Positions 28,945 to 38,935 of a stretch of 60,502 nucleotides of DNA are shown piece after piece; position 1 is the stretch's first letter; the number at the start of each line of letters is the position of its first letter. A model generated the notes under the pieces. It was not told the DNA's origin. It did no database searches and worked only from the letters and a program-made list of their open reading frames with translations. The translations under genes were made by a program, and so were the position numbers. The stretch comes from an uncultured Microscilla sp. (GTDB lineage Bacteria; Bacteroidota; Bacteroidia; Cytophagales; Microscillaceae): the NCBI RefSeq assembly GCF_947493425.1, contig NZ_CANLRP010000034.1, positions 1-60,502 of the forward strand. The letters run 5' to 3'.

Positions 28945-30246
28945 TTATGACCCTATTTTGCCTTCCCGCCATTGTTCTATTTTGGGGTACCACACCTGCT
29001 CATATTCGGGGTAACGCACCAAAGTGTAATGGTTGTCTACAAATTGATTAGGATTGCGTAAAAATGTAAAATGAATGTCTGAGAAACTGGCGCTTTGGGC
29101 ATAAGTCCACATTTCTTTGTTACGAGTGCGTACTACTCTGGTAGGGTTGCCAAATACAATAAAAACCATTCCTTTGTCAGTTTTCCAGCCTGGTTTATAA
29201 GTAGTAAAAAACTTGTTGGCAAGCTTTACCCGGCGGTAATATTCACGAATACTTCGTTTGGCTACCTTTATATTGCCTGACATTAGTTCAAGCCAAAGTC
29301 TGTCTAAATCTTTTTTCTTTTCCGACGATTGCTTGAGCTTGTTCAACTCACCTTTGGTAGTAATGTATGTCAATGGATCTATCAAGTCTACTATTTTGCT
29401 AAATTTAGGGTAACGGTGTTCAGTGACAATAAAGCTAATGCCATAGTATTGGTTAGTGTCTGCTTGTACTATGTACAAGCCTGGTTTTTTAAGGTTCAAC
29501 TGAGTATTGGTTTGTACTTTAAATGTGCTATCCACTTCCATTTTTTTCTTAATGTTACGACGCGACAATGACATAGGTGGGCGAGCCGCTTTAAAATTAT
29601 GCTGGTAGTGTTTCACAAGGAGGGTTTTGTTGGTACCAGCCAAGTCCTTGATTTGAATGCTGGCTTTATTTAAAAAGTAATTGCGAAAAAGAGGTTGCTT
29701 GCCTTGAGCGTCGAAAATACTAAAGCTTTGACGTATTTTATTTATAACAAACTCTAGTGGTACATCCAAAGTGATTCTTTGCCCGGTTTTGCTGTCATTG
29801 GCTTCTATCAACATTACAGCACTGGGCATTGTTTTTTTAGGTATGCTAAAGTTGTAATAAAAATCGGCTCCTTGTTTGGTTACTGTTTCTGGAGTAAGCT
29901 TAAGAGTTTGGGTTTCTATGAATTCTTTACTACGGTAATTAGGTAAAATCCCGTACTTCAACGAGATATCCTGTAGCATTTCTATCAGGTTTGAAGCATT
30001 TCTTAAGCGTGGAATGTTAAGCTGTAAAAAAATATGTAAACGTTCATCTTTTGCCATTACCCGGTGTAGCATAGTCATAGGCTTGGCAATAGAGGGTCTT
30101 TTTCGGGTAGTAGCAATCGCTTTGGGTTTCGAGGTAGAGTTTGTCTTTTTATTAGACGCTTTCTGCCCAGTGCTAAGCAAACACCCTTGCAAAGGCAAGA
30201 AAAGGGGCACAATGGCAAAAAACATGAACAGCAATCTTTTTTTCAT
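28945..30246 (-). CDS. GWxTD domain-containing protein.
   Basis: It has a lipoprotein-like signal (LPLQGC) and a C-terminal GWKTDKGMVFIVFGNP motif, which is the GWxTD signature. Confidence 0.85.
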   Translation of the reverse strand: MKKRLLFMFFAIVPLFLPLQGCLLSTGQKASNKKTNSTSKPKAIATTRKRPSIAKPMTMLHRVMAKDERLHIFLQLNIPRLRNASNLIEMLQDISLKYGILPNYRSKEFIETQTLKLTPETVTKQGADFYYNFSIPKKTMPSAVMLIEANDSKTGQRITLDVPLEFVINKIRQSFSIFDAQGKQPLFRNYFLNKASIQIKDLAGTNKTLLVKHYQHNFKAARPPMSLSRRNIKKKMEVDSTFKVQTNTQLNLKKPGLYIVQADTNQYYGISFIVTEHRYPKFSKIVDLIDPLTYITTKGELNKLKQSSEKKKDLDRLWLELMSGNIKVAKRSIREYYRRVKLANKFFTTYKPGWKTDKGMVFIVFGNPTRVVRTRNKEMWTYAQSASFSDIHFTFLRNPNQFVDNHYTLVRYPEYEQVWYPKIEQWREGKIGS

Positions 30247-30454
30247 TGTATTTATTGGTTTGTTGTATTATCCTTAAATCTAACAAGCAAGTAGGATGAA
30301 TGGTTAGGGTACACTCTATTTTAATGATCATACAAAAAGGTAAATCCCCTATGTTGTCAAAACTTAAATTCAAGTTACAAAATTTTGTAACCTGCTTGTA
30401 TATTCTTGACAAAGATATACTAAAAAGCACAGCAGGCTACCAAAAATGATGTAC

Positions 30455-30700
30455 AATCATCCACAGGGATTGTGGATAACTTTTGTTAACATTTGATGCT
30501 AAAATTGTCGATATATCAAGCTGTTATTTTCAACTTGCTGATAATAAGGAGTATATCTTGATATATAACAATGCTGATTGACTCAAAATTGATTGAACCA
30601 GTGGGTAACAAGTAAAGTTATGCACAATAGTCAATGCAGAGTGTGGATAACTTTTGTTAACACTCGACACTAAAATTGTCGATATGCCGCAACTTACTCA
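30455..30700. repeat. Two copies of a ~65-nt intergenic repeat with conserved blocks tgtggataacttttgttaaca and ctaaaattgtcgatat. It contains a DnaA-box-like 9-mer and the palindrome tgttaaca.
   Basis: Copy 1 is at ~30455-30525 and copy 2 at ~30630-30700. It sits in the divergent region between the GWxTD gene (-) and coaX (+). Confidence 0.7.
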
Positions 30701-30777
30701 GGATAACAATTATGTAGTGAAAAAATGAAATTTAAATATACTCTTGTTACCTTTACCAAAAACACCCCTAAAAAGTT

Positions 30778-31551
30778 ATGTTGTTAGCTGTAGACATTGG
30801 TAACTCTAATATTGTATTAGGGCTTTATGATCAGAACGAATGGATGTACCACTGGCGTTTACAAACCATTACCGAAAAAAGTGCCTCTGAGTACGAAATG
30901 AACCTTCGTACCTATTTTCTTGAACAAAATCTGGCAATCAGCGATGTAAATCATATTGCTCTGAGCAGTGTAGTACCAGAGCTTATTCCCATAGTGCGTA
31001 ATATGTTGTGGCATTTGTTTGGTAAAGAACCATTAGTGGTTACCCCTGAGGTAATTAAGCAACTACCAGTAGGCGTACAAAAGCCCCACGAAATAGGCTC
31101 CGACTTGGTAGCAAACGCAGTAGCAGGCTATGATATGTTTAAAGATAATTGTATTGTAGTCGATTTTGGTACTGCCCTTACTTTTACTACAGTATCAACA
31201 AAAGGCAATATTTTAGGCGTAGCCATTGCTCCAGGACTTAAAACTTCGATTTATGCATTGTATAGAAACACAGCCAAATTGCCTGATATAGAAATTCCAC
31301 TTGAGTTGCCTGACTCTGCCATTGGCAAAAACACTGAACACGCTTTACAAGCAGGGGTTTTGCTAGGGTATGTGGGGTTGGTAGAGCACTTGATTGCTCA
31401 TATTCGCCAAGAGTTAGGAGGAAACTGTAAGGTAGTAGCTACTGGAGGACTATCATCGGTCATTATTCCTCTCAAACAGCAGTTTGATGCTATAGAGCCA
31501 ATGCTTACAATGGACGGTTTACGTTTGATTAATGAGTATATATTGGGTTGA
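30778..31551 (+). CDS. coaX: Type III pantothenate kinase.
   Basis: It has the N-terminal LLAVDIGNSNIVLGLY motif and the ASKHA-fold motifs GSDLVANAVAG and VVATGG. Confidence 0.9.
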   Translation: MLLAVDIGNSNIVLGLYDQNEWMYHWRLQTITEKSASEYEMNLRTYFLEQNLAISDVNHIALSSVVPELIPIVRNMLWHLFGKEPLVVTPEVIKQLPVGVQKPHEIGSDLVANAVAGYDMFKDNCIVVDFGTALTFTTVSTKGNILGVAIAPGLKTSIYALYRNTAKLPDIEIPLELPDSAIGKNTEHALQAGVLLGYVGLVEHLIAHIRQELGGNCKVVATGGLSSVIIPLKQQFDAIEPMLTMDGLRLINEYILG

Positions 31552-31582
31552 GTTTACTGAGAAAGGGAGCAGGTTTAGTCAA

Positions 31583-33463
31583 TTACACTTCAGGTTGGTC
31601 AATGGCATGGAGTTGAAACATTACCTGGGTACCTACTCCTTCTTCGCTTTCAATTTTAAGTTGTCCACCGTTTTTTTCTACAAACTCTTTACATAACAGT
31701 AGCCCAAATCCAGTGCCTTTTTCATTGGCAGTACCATGAGTAGATAAGTGAATTTCAGGTGAAAATATTTTTGCTAACGCTTCTGCTTTGATGCCTACAC
31801 CTTTATCAACAATGCTTACTTTAACGAAGCCCCCTTCTTTTTTTGTATAAATGTTTATTTGGGTTTCAGGGTAGGTAAACTTGATGGCGTTAGATAATAA
31901 GTTGCGTAAAACAAAATCAAGCATATTTTTGTCTGCTTTTACATAAGTTTGAGGTTCAGTATGAATCATTAGGCTTATTTGTTTCTCAAGGGCTGCTTTT
32001 TCATACAGTACTACATTGTCTTGAATAACAGGAGCAAGGTTAAACTCTTCTGGCACATATTCAAAGTCGTCGGTTTGAACAAGTGACCACTGCAAGAGAT
32101 TTTCCAATAAATCTATTACGCGTTGTACAGCTTTGTCCATATCTTCGGCAAAGTACCGAATCTCATCTTTTGAAAAACCATCTATATGATGTAGCAATAC
32201 CTGTAAGAAGCCTTTGATTGTATTGAAAGGGCTACGCAGGTCGTGCGATAGTATTGCAAGCAACTTGTCTTTTACTACATTAAGCTTCATAAGGTGCTCT
32301 TCTGATGCTTGCGACAGCTCGTTTACATTGTTAAGTTCTTCGTTTTGATGTTCTAATATGAGCGACTGCTCCCTTATTTCAGTAAGTTGGCGCTGCATTT
32401 CTTGCAACATGCGGTTAAAGTTACGGGTAAGCTGTCCTACCTCATCCTGTGAATTGCTTTCTTTGATAGAGAGGTTTTCTGAAAAATTACTGTTGACAGT
32501 TTTGTTAATGTACCGAGACAAACCCACAATAGGGCGAGTGATCACAGTTGAAAAGTAAATGCTCATGACAATACTCAATACTACTGTTGCAATAACCATT
32601 GCAATAAATATATTCTCGAAATCGGCGCTTATATTGGCTGCTCGTTGGTTAATTTTACTTACAAAGTTTTGGGTAAACCTTGAAAGGTTGTCAGCGTAAG
32701 CTCGTAACTCGTGCATGAGCCCTTTGCCAGCTCCTACTCCTATGCGTTGTTTAAGCGCTACCATTTCTTTGAATGTTTTTAGGTAGTCGCTTAGTAGTTG
32801 TTGTGCCCTAATTTTGTCATTGTGGCGCACTTGTGGGTTAAGTACTACATCTGTTTGCCACTGCAGGCAAAGCTTTTCTAACTGTTGGGCATATTTTATA
32901 TCTTTTAATATGAGATAATCACGCTCATACTGTTTAAGGGTTAACAGTTTGATTTGGTTGAGAGAAGTGAGTTTTTCTAATGCCTCAGTGTATCGCTGCA
33001 TTTCACCTTTGATGCCGTAATTTTTGAAACCCAAACGGCGGGTAAGCTGTACTATTTGATCAAAAGATGTTTCATAATTTTGTAACTCGTGTAGAATTTT
33101 CTTGGCTTCAGTTTCTACTACTGCCTGATCTATGTCAAGCGCTTGTACTTCTTCAAAGCTTACCAGTGTATATAAATGTTTGTTGACATCTGCTACCAGG
33201 TTTTTGTGCCTTGTAATGTACTTGCTGCTGCCCTGTGCATAAAAATTGGGATTATTGGTTTCATAGTCAAAAAAATCTTGTTCCAACTTAATCACCTTAA
33301 AAGTATTTACTAACACATTTTCAAGGTTTACAGCAATGGTAGATATTTTACTGCTTTTGTTATGAAACCAAAAGCCTATACTAGCAACTACTATGATGAT
33401 AATGCCAAAAAATAAAAACGTAGTCAAAAGCTTGAATCTCAAAGAAATAAACTTGGGCAACAT
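31583..33463 (-). CDS. Sensor histidine kinase with a TM segment, a periplasmic region, a second TM segment, and HAMP, HisKA and HATPase_c domains.
   Basis: It has the H-box LSHDLRSPFNTIKGF, the N-box LRNLLSNAIKFT, the G1 motif DKGVGI and the G2 motif GTGFGL. No response regulator is adjacent. Confidence 0.85.
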   Translation of the reverse strand: MLPKFISLRFKLLTTFLFFGIIIIVVASIGFWFHNKSSKISTIAVNLENVLVNTFKVIKLEQDFFDYETNNPNFYAQGSSKYITRHKNLVADVNKHLYTLVSFEEVQALDIDQAVVETEAKKILHELQNYETSFDQIVQLTRRLGFKNYGIKGEMQRYTEALEKLTSLNQIKLLTLKQYERDYLILKDIKYAQQLEKLCLQWQTDVVLNPQVRHNDKIRAQQLLSDYLKTFKEMVALKQRIGVGAGKGLMHELRAYADNLSRFTQNFVSKINQRAANISADFENIFIAMVIATVVLSIVMSIYFSTVITRPIVGLSRYINKTVNSNFSENLSIKESNSQDEVGQLTRNFNRMLQEMQRQLTEIREQSLILEHQNEELNNVNELSQASEEHLMKLNVVKDKLLAILSHDLRSPFNTIKGFLQVLLHHIDGFSKDEIRYFAEDMDKAVQRVIDLLENLLQWSLVQTDDFEYVPEEFNLAPVIQDNVVLYEKAALEKQISLMIHTEPQTYVKADKNMLDFVLRNLLSNAIKFTYPETQINIYTKKEGGFVKVSIVDKGVGIKAEALAKIFSPEIHLSTHGTANEKGTGFGLLLCKEFVEKNGGQLKIESEEGVGTQVMFQLHAIDQPEV

Positions 33464-33532
33464 AAAGGGTAAGAAGTAAAACTAGTGTTGATAAGCAATA
33501 AGTTAGCCTGAAGAATCAGGGGAAGAAAGGCA

Positions 33533-34087
33533 TTAAAATAACCTTTGCTGAGCATTGCTACTTGCCTTAAAAGCATCCTTATAGATTTGCAGGTTTTCTT
33601 CGTCAAAACAAACAAAAATAACCGATTCAAGACTTGCCCCCTCGTCACTTTCTACAAAATCGCAGACTGTTTGAATAGCTATATTTGCAGCTTTATGTTT
33701 AGGAAATTTATAAATACCTGTGCTTATATTAGGAAAAGCCACCGTTTTAAGGTCCTGAGCAACCGCAAGCTTAAGGCTGTTTAAATAGGCACTCTTTAGT
33801 AATTCTTTTTCGTTATTATGGCCTCCCGACCAAGTAGGTCCTACTGTATGAATGACATGTTTAGCAGGGAGTCTTCCAGCAGTTGTAATTACTGCCTCTC
33901 CTACTTTGCAGCCTCCTTGTCGGGCAATTATTTTATAACAATCTCTTAGTATATCTTCGCCACCCTTACGGTGAATGGCTCCATCTACGCCACCACCACC
34001 TAGCAATGAAGTATTGGCTGCATTTACAATAGCATCTACTACTTCAATGGTTAGGTCCCCTTGTTTATAGCTAATTTTTGAGTTCAT
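33533..34087 (-). CDS. Macro domain protein (O-acetyl-ADP-ribose deacetylase, YmdB/MacroD-like).
   Basis: It has [24 protein letters not shown] and the GxxxxTxAG(rL)PAKxVIHTVGP motif typical of macro domains. Confidence 0.85.
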   Translation of the reverse strand: MNSKISYKQGDLTIEVVDAIVNAANTSLLGGGGVDGAIHRKGGEDILRDCYKIIARQGGCKVGEAVITTAGRLPAKHVIHTVGPTWSGGHNNEKELLKSAYLNSLKLAVAQDLKTVAFPNISTGIYKFPKHKAANIAIQTVCDFVESDEGASLESVIFVCFDEENLQIYKDAFKASSNAQQRLF

Positions 34088-34240
34088 ATATTTTCAGTAT
34101 TAAATAATTGACAAGAGTGAATAGTTGATAAGATACAAATTTATTTGTACCTGCCCAAAAATGTTTTTTGAAGCTGTGAATTTACTTAAAATAGTTAATT
34201 TTGCCCTGAAAGGTCTCATGCAGCATTTAAAAAAAGTAAA

Positions 34241-37006
34241 ATGGAATTATTTGACAAGCTCAAACAGCAACGCACTTTTAGTGTAGTAGACAAAAAAATG
34301 CCAGAAGTGTTTTTTTTGATTGACTTTGATGAGTATGGCGCTTATTTGGCGGTAGTAGGCAAAGACTTGCTATCGGTAGATTATGACTATACGCATTATA
34401 CTGGTTATACCCGCGATATATTACGTAGTTTACAACAAATAGAAGAGCGTCAAGCTTTTAATATTGACTGGGAAAAAAACGGAGAATTTATTTACTTGTT
34501 CGAGCACGACTATCTGTTTTGGCAGTTGAAGTACTGCGACAATGTGATAGATATTGATAGGAACAAACTGAGCTTTTATCCAAATAACACGAAGCTAATA
34601 CTGGAGATAACTACTGTGGATGAACAGAAACTTCGAGGGGAGTGTGTAATTAAAGCTGATGAGCAAATATTAAAAAACGGCAAAACATTGAGTGAAAACT
34701 ATTTGCTGGCAAATAACACCATTTATTCAGTAGAGCCTATTGGCAATCACTTCAATAATTTGAGCCTTTTTGACACTACTTTCAATGTTGCCGACTTGGA
34801 GAAATACCTGTCATTATTCTTTTCTTATTTTCAAAATATAGACCTAGAGTATGAGGACTACAAGTTAAAAACCAGCAAAGAGCTTGTAAAACCTCAACCT
34901 TCGTTATTTTTTGAAAAAATAGACGAAGAACATGCACTTTACTTAAGGGTGTCACAAGTGTTGCCCAACCTTGAAACAGATTTCCTTGAAAATTATGATG
35001 TGAATAAACTAGCTCAGGTTAACGAGGTAGAGGAGACTATTGTCTTGCGAACCATTGAGTATAGTAGTTATGTAGTTTTGTTACAAGATATTACCAAGCA
35101 AATATCTGGTAGGAGCAAAAAGAAAAACCTCTTTTATCAAGACAATAACTTGTTTGTCATTCCACAAGAAACAGCCGAAAAGTTTATACGTAGTTCTTTA
35201 CCTGCTTTGCTCAACACTTATCAGGTTTTTGGTGCCGAAAAACTGAAAGCCTACAAAATAAAGGCGGTTCAACCCAAATTAAATATACACCTTTCTTCAG
35301 GCATTGATTTTCTTGAAGGAGACATTTCTGTGGAGGTAGACAATGAACAGTTTTCGTTGTTTGATGTGATTAAACAATACAACAAACAGCGTTATCTTAA
35401 GCTCAATGATGGTACACAAGCTGTTTTGAACGAGAAATATATTCAGCGTTTAGAACGTCTGTTTAAAAAGCAAAAAGATGGTAAAGTCAAAGTGTCGTTT
35501 TTTGACTTGCCTATGATAGACGAACTTATTGAAGAAAAGATAGTAGATGGAGTGATGCAAAAATCGAGAGAGGTGTTTGCAGGCTTCAATAAGTTGAGCC
35601 AACAGAAGTATAAGAAACCTACCAAAGTAAAGGCAACCTTGCGTAGTTATCAACAACAGGGAGTGAAGTGGTTGAGTTATCTACACAAACACCAATTGGG
35701 CGGATGTTTGGCAGATGATATGGGCTTGGGTAAAACCCTCCAAACTATTACTTTGCTCTCTCAGGTGTACCCTAAACAAAAAAGGCCCACATTGATTGTA
35801 ATGCCACGTACCTTGTTATTCAACTGGGCAAACGAGATAGACAAGTTTAATGCTTCATTGTCGTATTATACTTATTATGCCAATAATCGTGACTTGAAAG
35901 AAGCTGTAAAACATCACTTGATTTTTACTACTTATGCCACGCTCAGAAATGACATTGAAACTTTTAAAGAGCAAGAGTTTTATTATGTGGTGCTCGATGA
36001 GTCTCAAAACATTAAAAACCTTCAGTCTCAAACCTCCAAAGCGGTAATGTTGCTCAACGCCGAACATCGTTTGGCTTTGAGTGGCACACCTGTAGAAAAC
36101 AACTTGACTGAATTGTATGCTTTATTTCGTTTCTTAAACCCCTCTATGTTTGGCTCTGTTGATGATTTCAATAAACACTATACTGCCCCCATTCAGCAAA
36201 ATAGCGACAAAGAGGTATCAAAGGAGCTGCGCCAAAAGATTTATCCTTTTATTTTGCGACGTTTGAAAAAGAATGTGTTAACCGAGTTGCCCCCAAAAGT
36301 AGAACAAGTGCTATATGTAGATATGGGCGATGATCAGAAAACGCTTTATCATCAACGCCGTCAACATTATTATGAATATGTAAAACAACAAATAGGAAAA
36401 GAAGGGATTGCCAACACTCAATTCTATATTTTACAAGCGTTAACCGAGCTGCGGCAGTTGGCTTCTGTACCTGAAGCTAAAACCGACCAAATGGTGGTAT
36501 CGGCAAAACGAGAAATGTTGATAGAACAAGTGCTAGACGCTGCTGCCAATGGGCACAAGATTCTTATTTTTGTGAATTTTTTACAGGCAATAGAAAGCAT
36601 CAGCGAAGATTTACAAAGTGCAGGAATCGAGTTTGTAAGTATGACAGGAGCTACCCAAAATCGTCAGGGGTTGGTAGATCGTTTTCAGAATGATAAAAAA
36701 TGCAGGGTATTTCTTATGACCCTTAAAACGGGTGGGGTGGGGCTTAATTTGACTGCGGCCGACATGGTCTATATTTATGATCCTTGGTGGAACACCTCTG
36801 CCGAAAACCAAGCCATTGACCGAACCTATAGAATGGGACAAGACAAAACTGTGTTCAGTTATAAGCTAATTACTAAAGGTACCATCGAAGAGAAGATTTT
36901 GCAGTTGCAAAACAAGAAAAAAGAGCTATTTGATAGCATTATCACCAGCGATAGTGCCTCTATCAAATCATTGAATGAAGATGATATTGAATTTATTTTA
37001 GCCTAA
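34241..37006 (+). CDS. SNF2-family ATP-dependent helicase/translocase with a bacterial SNF2-associated N-terminal domain.
   Basis: It has LRSYQQQGVKWL, motif I (LADDMGLGKTLQ), the DEAH-like motif II (LDESQNIKN), motif III (LSGTPVEN), and the helicase-C motifs QDRTYRMGQ and TKGTIEE. The N-terminal ~450 aa match the pattern of the bacterial SNF2-associated domain. Confidence 0.9.
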   Translation: MELFDKLKQQRTFSVVDKKMPEVFFLIDFDEYGAYLAVVGKDLLSVDYDYTHYTGYTRDILRSLQQIEERQAFNIDWEKNGEFIYLFEHDYLFWQLKYCDNVIDIDRNKLSFYPNNTKLILEITTVDEQKLRGECVIKADEQILKNGKTLSENYLLANNTIYSVEPIGNHFNNLSLFDTTFNVADLEKYLSLFFSYFQNIDLEYEDYKLKTSKELVKPQPSLFFEKIDEEHALYLRVSQVLPNLETDFLENYDVNKLAQVNEVEETIVLRTIEYSSYVVLLQDITKQISGRSKKKNLFYQDNNLFVIPQETAEKFIRSSLPALLNTYQVFGAEKLKAYKIKAVQPKLNIHLSSGIDFLEGDISVEVDNEQFSLFDVIKQYNKQRYLKLNDGTQAVLNEKYIQRLERLFKKQKDGKVKVSFFDLPMIDELIEEKIVDGVMQKSREVFAGFNKLSQQKYKKPTKVKATLRSYQQQGVKWLSYLHKHQLGGCLADDMGLGKTLQTITLLSQVYPKQKRPTLIVMPRTLLFNWANEIDKFNASLSYYTYYANNRDLKEAVKHHLIFTTYATLRNDIETFKEQEFYYVVLDESQNIKNLQSQTSKAVMLLNAEHRLALSGTPVENNLTELYALFRFLNPSMFGSVDDFNKHYTAPIQQNSDKEVSKELRQKIYPFILRRLKKNVLTELPPKVEQVLYVDMGDDQKTLYHQRRQHYYEYVKQQIGKEGIANTQFYILQALTELRQLASVPEAKTDQMVVSAKREMLIEQVLDAAANGHKILIFVNFLQAIESISEDLQSAGIEFVSMTGATQNRQGLVDRFQNDKKCRVFLMTLKTGGVGLNLTAADMVYIYDPWWNTSAENQAIDRTYRMGQDKTVFSYKLITKGTIEEKILQLQNKKKELFDSIITSDSASIKSLNEDDIEFILA

Positions 37007-37020
37007 CCCTGATTGTTGTT

Positions 37021-38859
37021 ATGAGTAATATAAGAAATATGTCAATAGATCAGCTCAGAAGTATCATAGATAGTCATTATGTACTTTACAAATTGAATGA
37101 GTTTTGGAAAGCTTATCTCAAAAGTTTTGTTGATGATAATCCTGAGTTAGTCGAAAAATATAAAATACCAGGTTTTGCCACCAAAGTACCTAAGAAAAGG
37201 GAACTTGTAGCCATATATGCTACTTTTTTTTACAATGAAGAATTGTTTCATGCAATGCTGAGGCTTTTGTCAAACTCTGCACAATCTATATTCAAACAAG
37301 CTGTTTGGGGGCTGTCGTTTTCTCAGGAAACGCTTAAAGAAGATTATAAAATTGATATTATTGTCGATCAAAGATATGGTGGCTATGACAGACAGTATTA
37401 TCATGAAATAAAAGCAGAATATCAGTTATTTAGCACGCATAGTGAGTATAAGCGCTACTATTGGGATGATGGCAGACATAAAAGTTCTTATGACCATACC
37501 TTGTATATTCACCCAAATTTGGCTATTTATCTTAAACAATTTTTAGATAAGCCAGCCGAGTATTATTTAGAGCCTGTTGCAAAACTCAGAGAGGTAGCTT
37601 ATAAGTTTAGTGCTGAGCAAGCCATTTTTCAGGAGCTGCCCATTGTAAATGCTTATATCAAACAAGACCGTTTAGCCAAAACCAAAACTGGTAAAGTTAC
37701 TGACGCGGCACTTAACAAAATGCGTAAGTTTTGTAATATCAAAGAGTTTTTTCCTGAGAGCAAAGACAAAACTATTACTACTTATCGTACTCGAATGCTG
37801 TCTTTACTGACTTTATGTTGGAAGAAGCATTCATCATCTAAGGAAGTGTCCTTGTTAGAAATGATAGAAGTATTATTTCAATACCTGCAAAGAGGAAGTA
37901 TTAAAGTTCCAGATCTGCTTAACCATACTAAAAGCTGGCATAATGTGACAAATATAAATCATCAAGTAAGTGCACATATTTTTGCTGCCTTAGAAGAGCT
38001 TCCAACGGATGGTTGGGTAACCTATAAGAACTTGAACCGATACTTTATTTACCGTCAAATATATTTTGAGTTTTTACCATCTAGTTATTATTATAACTTT
38101 ATACATTATGGCATCAAACAAGATGGTTATACTGAAAATGTAAGGATAAGCGAGAGTACTTATAACCCATTATTGCGAGAACCTTATATCAAAAACTGCT
38201 TATTTTTGTTGGCAGCACTGGGCATACTCGAGGTGGCTTACGAATATCCTTTTTCTACCAATCAAGCCTTGGATGATGAAGATGATGTGTATGATATAAA
38301 GTATGTGGTACCTGGTGATAATATTCAGTACATACGTTTGACAGCCTTGGGAGCCTCTTTATTAGGCAAAACAGATAGTTATACTCCCCCTGAGGTAAAA
38401 GAAGAACAAGTGATATTAGACCAAGAGAATTTGTTTTTGCTGTATCAAGGCGACAACAAACCATTGATGTCTATGATAGACAGTGTTGCCATAAAAGTAT
38501 CTGATAAGTTATATAAGGTCTCTTTTGAGTCGGTATTGGGGAGCTGTAGTAACACCAAAGAAGTAACAAGTCAAATTAGTGTGTTTAAACAATTGTTATC
38601 TAAAAATCCCCCTAAAATCTGGCAAGAATTCTTTGATGCCTTGACTAAAAAGTCATATCGCTTGGGTAATCAAAACAATGAATATTTGATCTATAAACTC
38701 CCCGAAAATCCTGAGTTGATACGCTTGATTGCTAAAGATGAGTTTTTGCGCAAACATATCATTAAAGCTGAATTTCATAATGTATTAATTCCCCATAGGC
38801 ACAGGGCAAAAGTGAAAAAGTACTTGAAAAAGTCAGGCTTTTTAATAGAGTTTGATTAG
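37021..38859 (+). CDS. Hypothetical 612-aa protein, apparently co-transcribed with the SNF2 helicase across a 14-nt gap. No recognisable domain.
   Basis: A long ORF with non-repetitive, Tyr/Lys-rich composition. It starts 14 nt after the SNF2 stop on the same strand. Confidence 0.6.
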   Translation: MSNIRNMSIDQLRSIIDSHYVLYKLNEFWKAYLKSFVDDNPELVEKYKIPGFATKVPKKRELVAIYATFFYNEELFHAMLRLLSNSAQSIFKQAVWGLSFSQETLKEDYKIDIIVDQRYGGYDRQYYHEIKAEYQLFSTHSEYKRYYWDDGRHKSSYDHTLYIHPNLAIYLKQFLDKPAEYYLEPVAKLREVAYKFSAEQAIFQELPIVNAYIKQDRLAKTKTGKVTDAALNKMRKFCNIKEFFPESKDKTITTYRTRMLSLLTLCWKKHSSSKEVSLLEMIEVLFQYLQRGSIKVPDLLNHTKSWHNVTNINHQVSAHIFAALEELPTDGWVTYKNLNRYFIYRQIYFEFLPSSYYYNFIHYGIKQDGYTENVRISESTYNPLLREPYIKNCLFLLAALGILEVAYEYPFSTNQALDDEDDVYDIKYVVPGDNIQYIRLTALGASLLGKTDSYTPPEVKEEQVILDQENLFLLYQGDNKPLMSMIDSVAIKVSDKLYKVSFESVLGSCSNTKEVTSQISVFKQLLSKNPPKIWQEFFDALTKKSYRLGNQNNEYLIYKLPENPELIRLIAKDEFLRKHIIKAEFHNVLIPHRHRAKVKKYLKKSGFLIEFD

Positions 38860-38935
38860 CAAATAAAAAGCGGTTAGTTAGAATGAGACGAGGAAAATCA
38901 ATTAACCGCTTTTATTCATTATCGCATGGGGCTTT

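Noticed and set aside
30455-30700. Possible CRISPR array (repeated ~21-nt and 16-nt blocks).
   Set aside because: There are only two copies, they are compound rather than uniform repeats, the spacing is irregular, and there are no cas genes. They are better described as duplicated regulatory or DnaA-box-like elements.
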